From contig JBFWNU010000002.1 in NCBI GenBank assembly GCA_050250895.1, positions 256,001 to 320,000 on the forward strand: DNA of 64,000 nucleotides. Reading direction: 5' to 3'. Both the position numbers and the translations under genes were made by a program. The notes below the pieces were generated by a model that had not been told where the DNA came from, ran no database searches, and worked only from the letters and a program-made list of their open reading frames with translations. The DNA comes from Vulcanimicrobiota bacterium (GTDB lineage: Bacteria; Vulcanimicrobiota; Xenobia; Xenobiales; JADMJV01). Of this stretch, positions 37,433 to 45,340 are shown in pieces. The first letter of the stretch is position 1, and each line of letters starts with the position of its first letter.

Positions 37433-38071
37433 TCAGGGGTCTTCGCGGGTGACCATTCCGCTTTGCCAGGCATAGAGCGCGGCCTGAGTGCGACTCTTGA
37501 CATCGAGCTTGGAGAGGATATTCGAAACGTGGGTCTTGACCGTCTTTTCGGCGATCGTCAACTGGTCGCTGATGTCTTTGTTGGAAAGCCCCTGGGCCAT
37601 CAATCGCAGAACCTCGTCTTCGCGCGCGGTCAGGCTTTCAGGATTCTCGGGGGCGCGCACCTCGCGCAGCAGGCGGGCCGACGCCTCGGCGGAAAGCTGA
37701 ACCTGACCTTTGGCCGCTGCCCGAATGGCCCGACAGAGATCGTCGGCTTGCGTGTTCTTGAGCAGATACCCGATAGCCCCGGCTTTGACCGCGCCTACTA
37801 CCGAGGCGTCTTCGAGCACGCTGGTGAGCGCGATGACCTCGACTTCGGGGTGGCGCGTGCGCACCTCGCGGATGGCGGTGATGCCGTCCATCTCGGGCAT
37901 GAGCAGGTCCATCAGAACCACATCAGGTTGTAACGCGGCCACCTGCTCGAGAGCCTCGAGGCCGTTGGCGGCCTCACCAACCACCTCGAGGTCGGCCTCG
38001 AGCCCCAGAAACATTTTTAGGCCCTGGCGAACCACCGAGTGGTCGTCCACCAATAGGATGCGGATCCCCAT
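37433..38071 (-). CDS. NarL/LuxR-family response regulator
   Basis: ILLVDDH, DVVLMDLLMP, GYLLK, LT.RE.EVL..GLSNK..TVKTHVSNI. Confidence 0.95.
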   Translation of the reverse strand: MGIRILLVDDHSVVRQGLKMFLGLEADLEVVGEAANGLEALEQVAALQPDVVLMDLLMPEMDGITAIREVRTRHPEVEVIALTSVLEDASVVGAVKAGAIGYLLKNTQADDLCRAIRAAAKGQVQLSAEASARLLREVRAPENPESLTAREDEVLRLMAQGLSNKDISDQLTIAEKTVKTHVSNILSKLDVKSRTQAALYAWQSGMVTREDP

Positions 38072-38105
38072 GGACCCCAGTTTGTAAAACGGGGGTCCGG
38101 TTCCT

Positions 38106-38516
38106 TCACATGACGTCGAGCAGCGGCAGGTCGTCGAGGCCCTGGAGGTTTAGGCTCCAGAGTTGGCGCAGCACCGGCATTAGTTGCTCGCGCTCGAGCC
38201 AGGCGTGCTCTTCGAGGAGATGCTCCACCTCCGCGATGTTCACCGGTTGGTAGGCCTTCACCTCGGCCCGCAGCTCGAGCAAAGACTGGCGGATCGACCG
38301 GTGGTAGCGCTCGACGGCTCGCGCCATCGGCCCATGAGCGTCCAGCGACGCGAGCAGCGGTTGGACCTTGGATCTGAAAAGGTCATGGTGGTGGTCGAAT
38401 CCCTCAAGGAGGATATCGACCATCGAGTCGGCTTGCTGATATCGCCCGCACAACACGTTCTCGCCGATCAGGCGAAGACAGTGAATGAACTGAGCGTGTT
38501 CGCCCCCGTTATTCAT
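38106..38516 (-). CDS. Hemerythrin-like four-helix protein
   Basis: EH, HH, YH and EEHAWLE ligand pattern; some ligands degenerate. Confidence 0.6.
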   Translation of the reverse strand: MNNGGEHAQFIHCLRLIGENVLCGRYQQADSMVDILLEGFDHHHDLFRSKVQPLLASLDAHGPMARAVERYHRSIRQSLLELRAEVKAYQPVNIAEVEHLLEEHAWLEREQLMPVLRQLWSLNLQGLDDLPLLDVM

Positions 38517-38551
38517 GCTCCTATAGAACCACAGGGTTGAAGAGAACTGCT

Positions 38552-38565
38552 CTGATCTAGATCAT
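38552..38565. promoter_or_regulatory. Fnr/Dnr-like box
   Basis: CTGAT-ctag-ATCAT, centred about 42 nt upstream of the hemerythrin ATG. Confidence 0.55.
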
Positions 38566-39932
38566 TCGTCCAGGGGCAGTCGGCAGCGAATGGCGGTTCC
38601 TACACCAAGTTCGCTCTCGATGGCGAGTTCCCCGCCCAGCCGCTCGACGCGCTCCTGCATGGAAGCCAGGCCGTGATGGCCGGGAAAGTCGCCATCGGGG
38701 TCAAAGCCCCGCCCATCGTCTTCGATCTCGAGATAGAGTTGCGCCTCGGGAAAGGTCAGACGCAGCTGCAGCCGGCGGGGATAGGCGTGCTTGACTGCGT
38801 TGTTGAGGGCTTCCAGCGCGATGCGAAACGCGGCATGCTTGAGTTCGAGCGGCATGGCCGGTTCTTCGTCCGGGGTCTGGGCTTCAGTCTCGAGCTCGTA
38901 GCGGACCTTGAGGGCCGCCAGCTGGCCGCTCAAAGCCTCGGAGAGGGTCACGTTCTCGAGCGCCTGGGGGCGGAGCTTGAACAAAAGAGCCCGCATCTCG
39001 GTCAGGGCCGAGTCGGTCAGCGAGAGCACGTACTCCAGCGGTTCTCTGGCTTTTTGGGCATCGCGTTCGAGCTGGGCCAGGGCGGTGCGAACGCCGAGTC
39101 CGATGCCATAGAGGGCCTGCGAAACCGAGTCGTGAAGCTCACGGCCCAGGCGCTGGCGTTCTTCGAGCTTGGTTTTCTCTTCGGTTTCTCGTTGAAGCTC
39201 GCTGGTTTTCTCTTCGACCATCTTTTCCAGATGATCGCGATAACGCTCCAGGTCTTGCTCTGACTTGCGCCGCTGGGTTAAGTCGACCACCGACCCGACT
39301 ACGAATTGTCCATGCGAAGTGGGCACGGGTGTGAGCCCAATCTCGACCGGAAACCGGCTCCCGTCTTTGCGCACAGCTTCTAGCAGCATGCCCGCCCCCA
39401 TGGCCCGGGTCCGCGGCTTCTCGGCGTACCCCCGACGATGTTGACCGTGATGGGCGCGCAGCTCTGGGGGCACCAGCAGCTCGACCGACTGTCCCACCAG
39501 TTCGGAGCGATGGTAACCAAACAACTTTTCGGCCATGCGGTTGACCATGACCAGCGTGCCCGTCTCGTCGACCAGGATGAAGCCGTTGGGAGCGGACTCG
39601 AAGATGCTGCGAAAGCGTTCTTCGGCCTGGGTCTCTTCCAGGCGACTCTGGATGACGGCCAGGCGCTGGTGTTCGGCACTGACATACTGCAGCTCGGCCG
39701 GCGTTCGACTGCCGTCTTTGCGCTTGACATCCCCCAGGATCATGCCGGTTTCGGGGTCGGTGCCCCGGCTTTCGAACAGCTCGGAGAACGGTCGGCCTTC
39801 TAGTTCAGAGCTGGTGTAGCCGCTCTGGCGGATCGCCCAGGCGTTGGCGCAAGCGACTAGCCCATCGGCATCAAGCAGATAGACCTCACATCGCTCAAGA
39901 TTCATAAAAGCGCGGAAGAACCGGCTGTCCAT
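38562..39932 (-). CDS. Cytoplasmic PAS-PAS histidine kinase (HisKA_3)
   Basis: Two PAS domains, the second FixL-like (P..R..H..Y..R.MG..RKDG.FP); ELHDSVSQ, EALNNAVKH, DDGRGF. Confidence 0.92.
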   Translation of the reverse strand: MDSRFFRAFMNLERCEVYLLDADGLVACANAWAIRQSGYTSSELEGRPFSELFESRGTDPETGMILGDVKRKDGSRTPAELQYVSAEHQRLAVIQSRLEETQAEERFRSIFESAPNGFILVDETGTLVMVNRMAEKLFGYHRSELVGQSVELLVPPELRAHHGQHRRGYAEKPRTRAMGAGMLLEAVRKDGSRFPVEIGLTPVPTSHGQFVVGSVVDLTQRRKSEQDLERYRDHLEKMVEEKTSELQRETEEKTKLEERQRLGRELHDSVSQALYGIGLGVRTALAQLERDAQKAREPLEYVLSLTDSALTEMRALLFKLRPQALENVTLSEALSGQLAALKVRYELETEAQTPDEEPAMPLELKHAAFRIALEALNNAVKHAYPRRLQLRLTFPEAQLYLEIEDDGRGFDPDGDFPGHHGLASMQERVERLGGELAIESELGVGTAIRCRLPLDE

Positions 39933-40299
39933 TGTGGACAGCTTTGGCTGTGGTCCGAGCCGTTCCCTTCCTCAGAGCGGCCAGCAGCGGTTCGATGTCC
40001 CCTGCCCGGTCTACCACGGTGTGGATTCCGGCACTGGCAAATCCAGCCATCAGTTCGGGTTGGGTGCGGTCGACCCAGGCCACCATGTCGGCTCGAGGGC
40101 AGGCCAGGCGAAGCTCTCGCAAAAGTTGGCGGTCATAGGTCCCGACCACGATCGCGTCAGGTTGAAGAGAGGCCAATTCGGCCGGACTGACACGGCCGTT
40201 GCCATGGCCGACCACGACCACGTCTGGACAAAGCGAAAGCAGGGCCGCTAGGTGCCGACGCGCTACGGCTTCTGAGTCCAGCAAGAAGACGCTGATCAC
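39895..40299 (-). CDS. Degenerate single-domain receiver protein
   Basis: REC-like ISVFLLD...VVG...QPDAIVVG; the phospho-Asp position is Gly. Confidence 0.6.
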   Translation of the reverse strand: MISVFLLDSEAVARRHLAALLSLCPDVVVVGHGNGRVSPAELASLQPDAIVVGTYDRQLLRELRLACPRADMVAWVDRTQPELMAGFASAGIHTVVDRAGDIEPLLAALRKGTARTTAKAVHNGQPVLPRFYES

Positions 40300-40967
40300 G
40301 CCGCCGTTGCCATTTTCATCAACTGGGCCTCGCCGCGCAAGATCATCATATCCGACTTCTCCTCCAGCAGACCTTGCTTGCGAAAGCGACTGAGCACGCG
40401 GATAGCGGTCTCGACGGTGGTGCCCACCAGTTCCGAGAATTCCTGGCGGGAGAGGGGCATCTTCAAGCGCAGGCCACCAGGGGTCCGCTCACCCAGCCGT
40501 CCGGCTAGCATCAGCAGGGCCCGGGCGGCCCGCTGCTCGGCGCGCTCGACGGCCATCCCCACCATCATCTCGCGTTGGAAGCGCATCTTGGTCTGGCAGC
40601 AACGGGCGCTGGTGATCATCACCTCAGGGTGGCGTTCGGCCAGTTGGTGGAAGGCGGCGGTGGGGATGATAGAGACCTCCGTCTCCTGGACGCACTTGGC
40701 GGTGGTGGGGTAGGGGTGACAGTCGAGGGCGCACAGCGCTCCGCAGACATCGCCCTCGAACAGGAACTCAGTGATGACATCACGACCGGTGCCCGAAGAA
40801 CTGGTGAGCTTGATCAGGCCCGAGTGGATGAAGAAGAAGAACTTGTTTTGGTTGCCCTGAACCCAGAGGGTCTCCCCCGCTTTGAGGGTCTTGCGGACCG
40901 TCACGGTCGACATTTCGGGAAGAGCGAGGGCATCGGCGATGGATTTTTGCGGGGCGAGGGTAATCAC
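40296..40967 (-). CDS. Crp/Fnr-family regulator (Dnr/FixK-like)
   Basis: cNMP-binding fold and HTH LSRQEFSELVGTTVETAIRVLSRF; no N-terminal Fnr Cys cluster. Confidence 0.92.
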   Translation of the reverse strand: MITLAPQKSIADALALPEMSTVTVRKTLKAGETLWVQGNQNKFFFFIHSGLIKLTSSSGTGRDVITEFLFEGDVCGALCALDCHPYPTTAKCVQETEVSIIPTAAFHQLAERHPEVMITSARCCQTKMRFQREMMVGMAVERAEQRAARALLMLAGRLGERTPGGLRLKMPLSRQEFSELVGTTVETAIRVLSRFRKQGLLEEKSDMMILRGEAQLMKMATAA

Positions 40968-41114
40968 TGAGTTCTTTCTCCTGGTCTTCGAATGATCTCA
41001 GTCTAGCTCGCCGGGCAGGTCTCTCGCCTGGGGCCGTGGACGGGTCCTTTTCTAGGACTTTGGACCTAGGGGATTCTACTCTCCCTAGCATGCCACACCC
41101 AGGTCGGCCAAAAA

Positions 41115-41128
41115 ATGATCTATATCAG
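41115..41128. promoter_or_regulatory. Fnr/Dnr-like box upstream of the Crp/Fnr operon
   Basis: ATGAT-ctat-ATCAG, centred about -41.5 from a start inferred from TGgCATGCT (41087-92, minus strand). Confidence 0.55.
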
Positions 41129-42126
41129 GACTGGGGTTTCCAGCGGAAAAAGTCGACCATGCGGTCGAAGACATCGGGATCCGAGAACAGGCAGTGGTGC
41201 ACCTTGGTCGCCCCGCCCGAGAAGAGTTCCACCTGACCGCCTGGCGCATAGAGGCTGGATTGCTCGACCAGGCCGTCTCCGGGAGCGCGGTCGCCGGCCG
41301 CAAAGGCCGGGGTCGAGAAATCCCCGCTTCCCACCGTGATGGCTGCCTCGACCTTGGAGATCTGTTGAGCATAGCGCGAGTTGAGGTCTTCCAGCCGAGG
41401 ATTGGCTCCGGGACGCTCGTTCTCGGCCCGCATCCAGTTGAGAGCGGCGGCCGCGGCCGGGGCGAGTCCGCCCAGGGCCATAGCCCAGCCGACCCGGTTG
41501 GCAATCACCTTGTAGCCATCGGTGGCGTTACGAACGCCGCGGTGCGGAGTGCCTCCCATCATCAGGCGGCCCAGCCGGTCGTCGTTCTCGTCTAGATACT
41601 TACGCACGCCCAGGCCGCCCATACTGTGGGCTGCTACATCGAAGAGCTGGGTTCCGCTAAAGCGACGAATGGCCGCGAATTCTTCCTTGAGCTGGCTGGC
41701 CGTGTCCTCGGGGCTCTGAGAGCGGTCATGGGGCACCACCCTGAACACCATCGCCCCGGGCTCGGGTGTCTGGCACTCCTGCTTGCAGCCGGGGTCGCTG
41801 AAAACCTTGCCGCCTTTGACGTAATACGGTCGCCCACCGTTGTGGCCATCTTTGGTCAGGTGGTCGAGGAGAGGGCGAAAGCCGCCCACCTTGGAGCGAA
41901 AACCCTGCACCATCACAAAGGGACGCTCGAGCAGGACGGCTGGCCTGTCGGCTAGCCCGCCGCGCATTCGCGAGGCCATGATTCCCCGGGCCTTGTGCAT
42001 CCCGTAGGTGGCCACTCCCATCAAGCCCTGGCCCAATTCGACCAAATCGAGCGGCTCGCTCGGCGCCTGGGACCGGCTCAGGGCCGCTCTTTGCACGGGG
42101 CTATGCGGTCGCCAGGCAACTTGCAT
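41125..42126 (-). CDS. Alpha/beta hydrolase (lipase/esterase)
   Basis: AHSMGG nucleophile elbow, GTPHRG, DGLV, C-terminal His; disordered leader. Confidence 0.87.
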   Translation of the reverse strand: MQVAWRPHSPVQRAALSRSQAPSEPLDLVELGQGLMGVATYGMHKARGIMASRMRGGLADRPAVLLERPFVMVQGFRSKVGGFRPLLDHLTKDGHNGGRPYYVKGGKVFSDPGCKQECQTPEPGAMVFRVVPHDRSQSPEDTASQLKEEFAAIRRFSGTQLFDVAAHSMGGLGVRKYLDENDDRLGRLMMGGTPHRGVRNATDGYKVIANRVGWAMALGGLAPAAAAALNWMRAENERPGANPRLEDLNSRYAQQISKVEAAITVGSGDFSTPAFAAGDRAPGDGLVEQSSLYAPGGQVELFSGGATKVHHCLFSDPDVFDRMVDFFRWKPQS

Positions 42127-42186
42127 ATTGCCAGTCTAGGGCTCTACCCTGAAAGAAACCTGGTGACGCGATAAGGCCGCGGTCTT

Positions 42187-42768
42187 CTATCGATCGACGC
42201 GGATGCGAGTGGCGAATTGCAGGCGTTGAGAGAACTCGGCGGCCGACATCTCCTGGCGCGAAGGGCTGTCGGGCCAGGGGTCGCGCAGCACGACCCCATC
42301 GATGACGGGGTTGCCGAACTGGTCACGATGGAAATAGGCACCGGTCATGACGTAGGCGTGGCCGGTCAAACCCACGATCAAGGGGCGGCGCTGAGCCAGG
42401 TCGGCCACGATGGTGGCGTCGTCGAGGTGGGTAGAGTCGGTCGAGACCGCGGCCGGGCGGCCGTTCGCATCGACCGCCAGTCCGTTGAGATTGGCCAGGA
42501 TCTCGAGGGGTCGCCCGGGGCGATCGATAGGTGCGCCGAAGGTGCTCGCCACAATCGCTGCCTGCTGGCTTGGGATACCGTGAAAGCCCATCACCATCTG
42601 AATGCAGGCCGCCCAGCACCAGTTGCTGCGCTGCTGGCGACCCAGGTCCTGGGGTCGGGCCGAGGCCACGAATTCGTCGGTGGGAATCCCCACCGTCTCT
42701 TCGAGAACGGCTGGCTGAGGGCGAAAGGGTGCGTTCCATCCGGGGTTACTGTTGACGGCAGTTACCAT
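42187..42768 (-). CDS. Papain-like cysteine protease (C39-like/AvrRpt2-like)
   Basis: Q..SNWCWAAC, GHAYVMTG, RDPWP. Confidence 0.82.
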   Translation of the reverse strand: MVTAVNSNPGWNAPFRPQPAVLEETVGIPTDEFVASARPQDLGRQQRSNWCWAACIQMVMGFHGIPSQQAAIVASTFGAPIDRPGRPLEILANLNGLAVDANGRPAAVSTDSTHLDDATIVADLAQRRPLIVGLTGHAYVMTGAYFHRDQFGNPVIDGVVLRDPWPDSPSRQEMSAAEFSQRLQFATRIRVDR

Positions 42769-42954
42769 TTTCGAGAGTGTAGCCGGGCTTCGGCCTCCGG
42801 ATGTTGCCGGCACTTTGCCCCTCGGACGAGCCAGGCACACGGCGGCCCAGGGTAGCGCCGGGCTGGACGTCGTCTAGCCCTCGTCGCTCGAGTCGCGGTT
42901 GGGCGGCGCTGCCCCTCCACCACCACCCCCGGTGTCTGTCGGAAAAGCCCTGGT

Positions 42955-44694
42955 CTAGTGGCTGCCGAAGTCGGTTCCGCCGAACGGGCTGGGAAAGCCC
43001 GTGCCGGGCAGTCCTGGCCCTCCCTGGGGCAGGCCCGGAAGGTTAGGCATATAGGGCTGCCGACTCTCGTCTTGACGGGAGTCAAGGTGGATGAGCTGAC
43101 CGGCTTTGTCGAACCCGAGCACGGCCGAGTGGAGCATGCCGGCGGGCACCATTCCGTTGGCTCCCAGCGGGAGTCGACCGGCCTGAATGAAGGTTTCGCC
43201 TCGATCGTTGTGATAGATGCGTTGGGCCATCAGCGGCGGCAGTCCGAGTTCGCCGGCATTCTTGGCCAGATACTCGTTGGCCGCTCGCGAGGCCGGGGTA
43301 GTGTCGGGTGGATCGCTCTCCCAGACAGGAAGACCCATTTGGTCCTTGCGCCCGGTGTCGCGCGAGGGCTTGGGGACAAGCTCATAGTCCTGGCCGGCGA
43401 CAGCCGCCGGAAGATGCAGCGCCTGGTTGGCGTTGAGCTGATCGAGGCGCTCTTGGCTGGCCCCCAGCCCTTCACCCGTGATCTCTAGACCGTTGCCTTT
43501 GAAGCTGCGCAAATAGGTCTCTTGATGGGCTCCGCTACCATCCACTCGGCCCGCCTTCAGCATGGCCTCGGCCAGTTCTTCCTGCGAGGTGGCGTTGCCG
43601 TTATGCATGAAGTCGAGGGCGCGGGTCAGATCGTTCCCGACCACGTCGCGGGCCTTTTCCAGGGCGGCGTCGGGACTTAGATCGGGGTTCGCCTTGCGAA
43701 CGTCCTGATAGACTCCTTGCAGCGAATCATACAAGCCGCTACCGAAGTGGCGCGAAGCTTCGTGGCCGTCATCTTCGGGGTCGAGCTTGACCGGAGGGCC
43801 GGCTCCCAGGTCGCGGATACCCTCGCGGGTGCCGGGGGCCGGACCGTCGCCCAACTTGGCAAAAGCCTGGTTGTTGCCTTCCCCGATGTTGCTGGCCAGG
43901 CTCGACTCTTCGCCTTTGTCCCAATGGGCCAGCAGGTCTTTGCGAACCTCGGGGTCATCCAGTGAGTGAATCAAGGCTTGCCCGTCGGCGAAGGCCTCAC
44001 CGGCAGCTGTAGTGCGGGTGTCGCGCGAGGTCAGGTTGGGGCGGACCGCGTCCATCAGCGCGTGACCCTGCTCGTGAGCCACCACATCGGGGTCGCCCAC
44101 GCTCTGGTCTTTCGAGAAGGCGATGGCCCCTGTGCCGGGACGATAGGCCGCATCGGCGATGCCAGGCGCATCCAGATGGACCGAGAGTTTGCCGTCGGGG
44201 CTGCGATACTTGAGCTCGCGTCCCAGCCGCGAGGTGGCACTGTCGTGAACTTGTTCGGCCGTGACGAAGGTGTCGATGATGGCCTGATCGCCAGTGAGCT
44301 TGCCGTCTTCGAGCTGGACCCGATTCTCGTCAGAGGGCGCCAGGACGCGCACTTCGGGACTTTCGAGCTGGGTCTTGGCGTAGTGCTTTGGCGGCTGGGT
44401 CGGCAGGGCCAGAGCCAGAGCCCCGAAAGCGGCCGGGCTGTCGTTGACGGGATGCTCTTCGGCCACCGCCTTCCAGTGGTCGAAAAACTGCTGATTGGCC
44501 TGCAGCACTTTGGTTTTGCCGTCGAGGTTGAAGCTGCGTTGAGGGGTCAGCCCGTTGGCCTGGGTGTTGTGTTGGGTGGTAGTCCCGCCCGGTAGGCTGC
44601 GATAGGCTTCGGGACTATTGCCCGGGTCGGTTTGCGTGGGCCCGTTATAGACGGGCTGCGCCGGCGCTGTCGGCATAGAAAACCCAAAAGCCAT
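42955..44694 (-). CDS. Gluzincin metalloprotease (M4/M36-like) with Pro/Gly-rich ends
   Basis: DVVAHEQGH, EAFAD, IRDL, DGH; GGAGG RBS before ATG 44694; no Sec signal. Confidence 0.8.
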   Translation of the reverse strand: MAFGFSMPTAPAQPVYNGPTQTDPGNSPEAYRSLPGGTTTQHNTQANGLTPQRSFNLDGKTKVLQANQQFFDHWKAVAEEHPVNDSPAAFGALALALPTQPPKHYAKTQLESPEVRVLAPSDENRVQLEDGKLTGDQAIIDTFVTAEQVHDSATSRLGRELKYRSPDGKLSVHLDAPGIADAAYRPGTGAIAFSKDQSVGDPDVVAHEQGHALMDAVRPNLTSRDTRTTAAGEAFADGQALIHSLDDPEVRKDLLAHWDKGEESSLASNIGEGNNQAFAKLGDGPAPGTREGIRDLGAGPPVKLDPEDDGHEASRHFGSGLYDSLQGVYQDVRKANPDLSPDAALEKARDVVGNDLTRALDFMHNGNATSQEELAEAMLKAGRVDGSGAHQETYLRSFKGNGLEITGEGLGASQERLDQLNANQALHLPAAVAGQDYELVPKPSRDTGRKDQMGLPVWESDPPDTTPASRAANEYLAKNAGELGLPPLMAQRIYHNDRGETFIQAGRLPLGANGMVPAGMLHSAVLGFDKAGQLIHLDSRQDESRQPYMPNLPGLPQGGPGLPGTGFPSPFGGTDFGSH

Positions 44695-44823
44695 ACGTGG
44701 ACCACCTCCAGCCATGATTCTCCCCGGTTCTGGCACCCAAATCTAGTCTTTCGAGCAAGAATTTACAAGAAGTTAACGATTGTTCACTGTTTGAGCCGGC
44801 CTGACCCAGGACATGAGGGTTGC

Positions 44824-45234
44824 ATGTTCAGCCTGGTGACCGGTTCAAAGCGCATAGCGGTGGGGGAGAAGGCTCTGATGATCGGACGCGCCCCCCTCAA
44901 CGACCTCATTTGCGAGGACGAAATGGCCTCGCGTTTGCACGCCGAGGTCAAAGTGCTCGACCACAAGCTGATGGTGCGCGATCTCGACTCGACCAATGGC
45001 ACCCAGCTCGACGGCCAGCCCCTGGCGCCGGGCCACTGGCATCCCCTCAGAGCTGGGCAGGTGCTGTCGATCGGAGCCTGGTCGGTGCGAGTGGTGCTGG
45101 CCGATGAAGACGACTTTATCCCGCCCGAGACGACCGCCTTCGCGAACCCCGACCGGGACCCGTCCGGGCGCTTGCCCGCAGCCTTGCGGGCCACCCGCGA
45201 ACGGACCCTGCCCGAGGGCATTGACTTCGGCTAG
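44824..45234 (+). CDS. FHA-domain protein
   Basis: IGR, ASRLHA, DLDSTNGT. Confidence 0.88.
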   Translation: MFSLVTGSKRIAVGEKALMIGRAPLNDLICEDEMASRLHAEVKVLDHKLMVRDLDSTNGTQLDGQPLAPGHWHPLRAGQVLSIGAWSVRVVLADEDDFIPPETTAFANPDRDPSGRLPAALRATRERTLPEGIDFG

Positions 45235-45340
45235 GCTGGCTCGGCGACCGGTCCCAAGTCGGTGAGGCGACTCACCTCTGGGGCGTCACCCCGGCGCGGG
45301 CCGCGAGCCTGCCTGAGTTGTGCGGGGCCATCGTCTGGGA

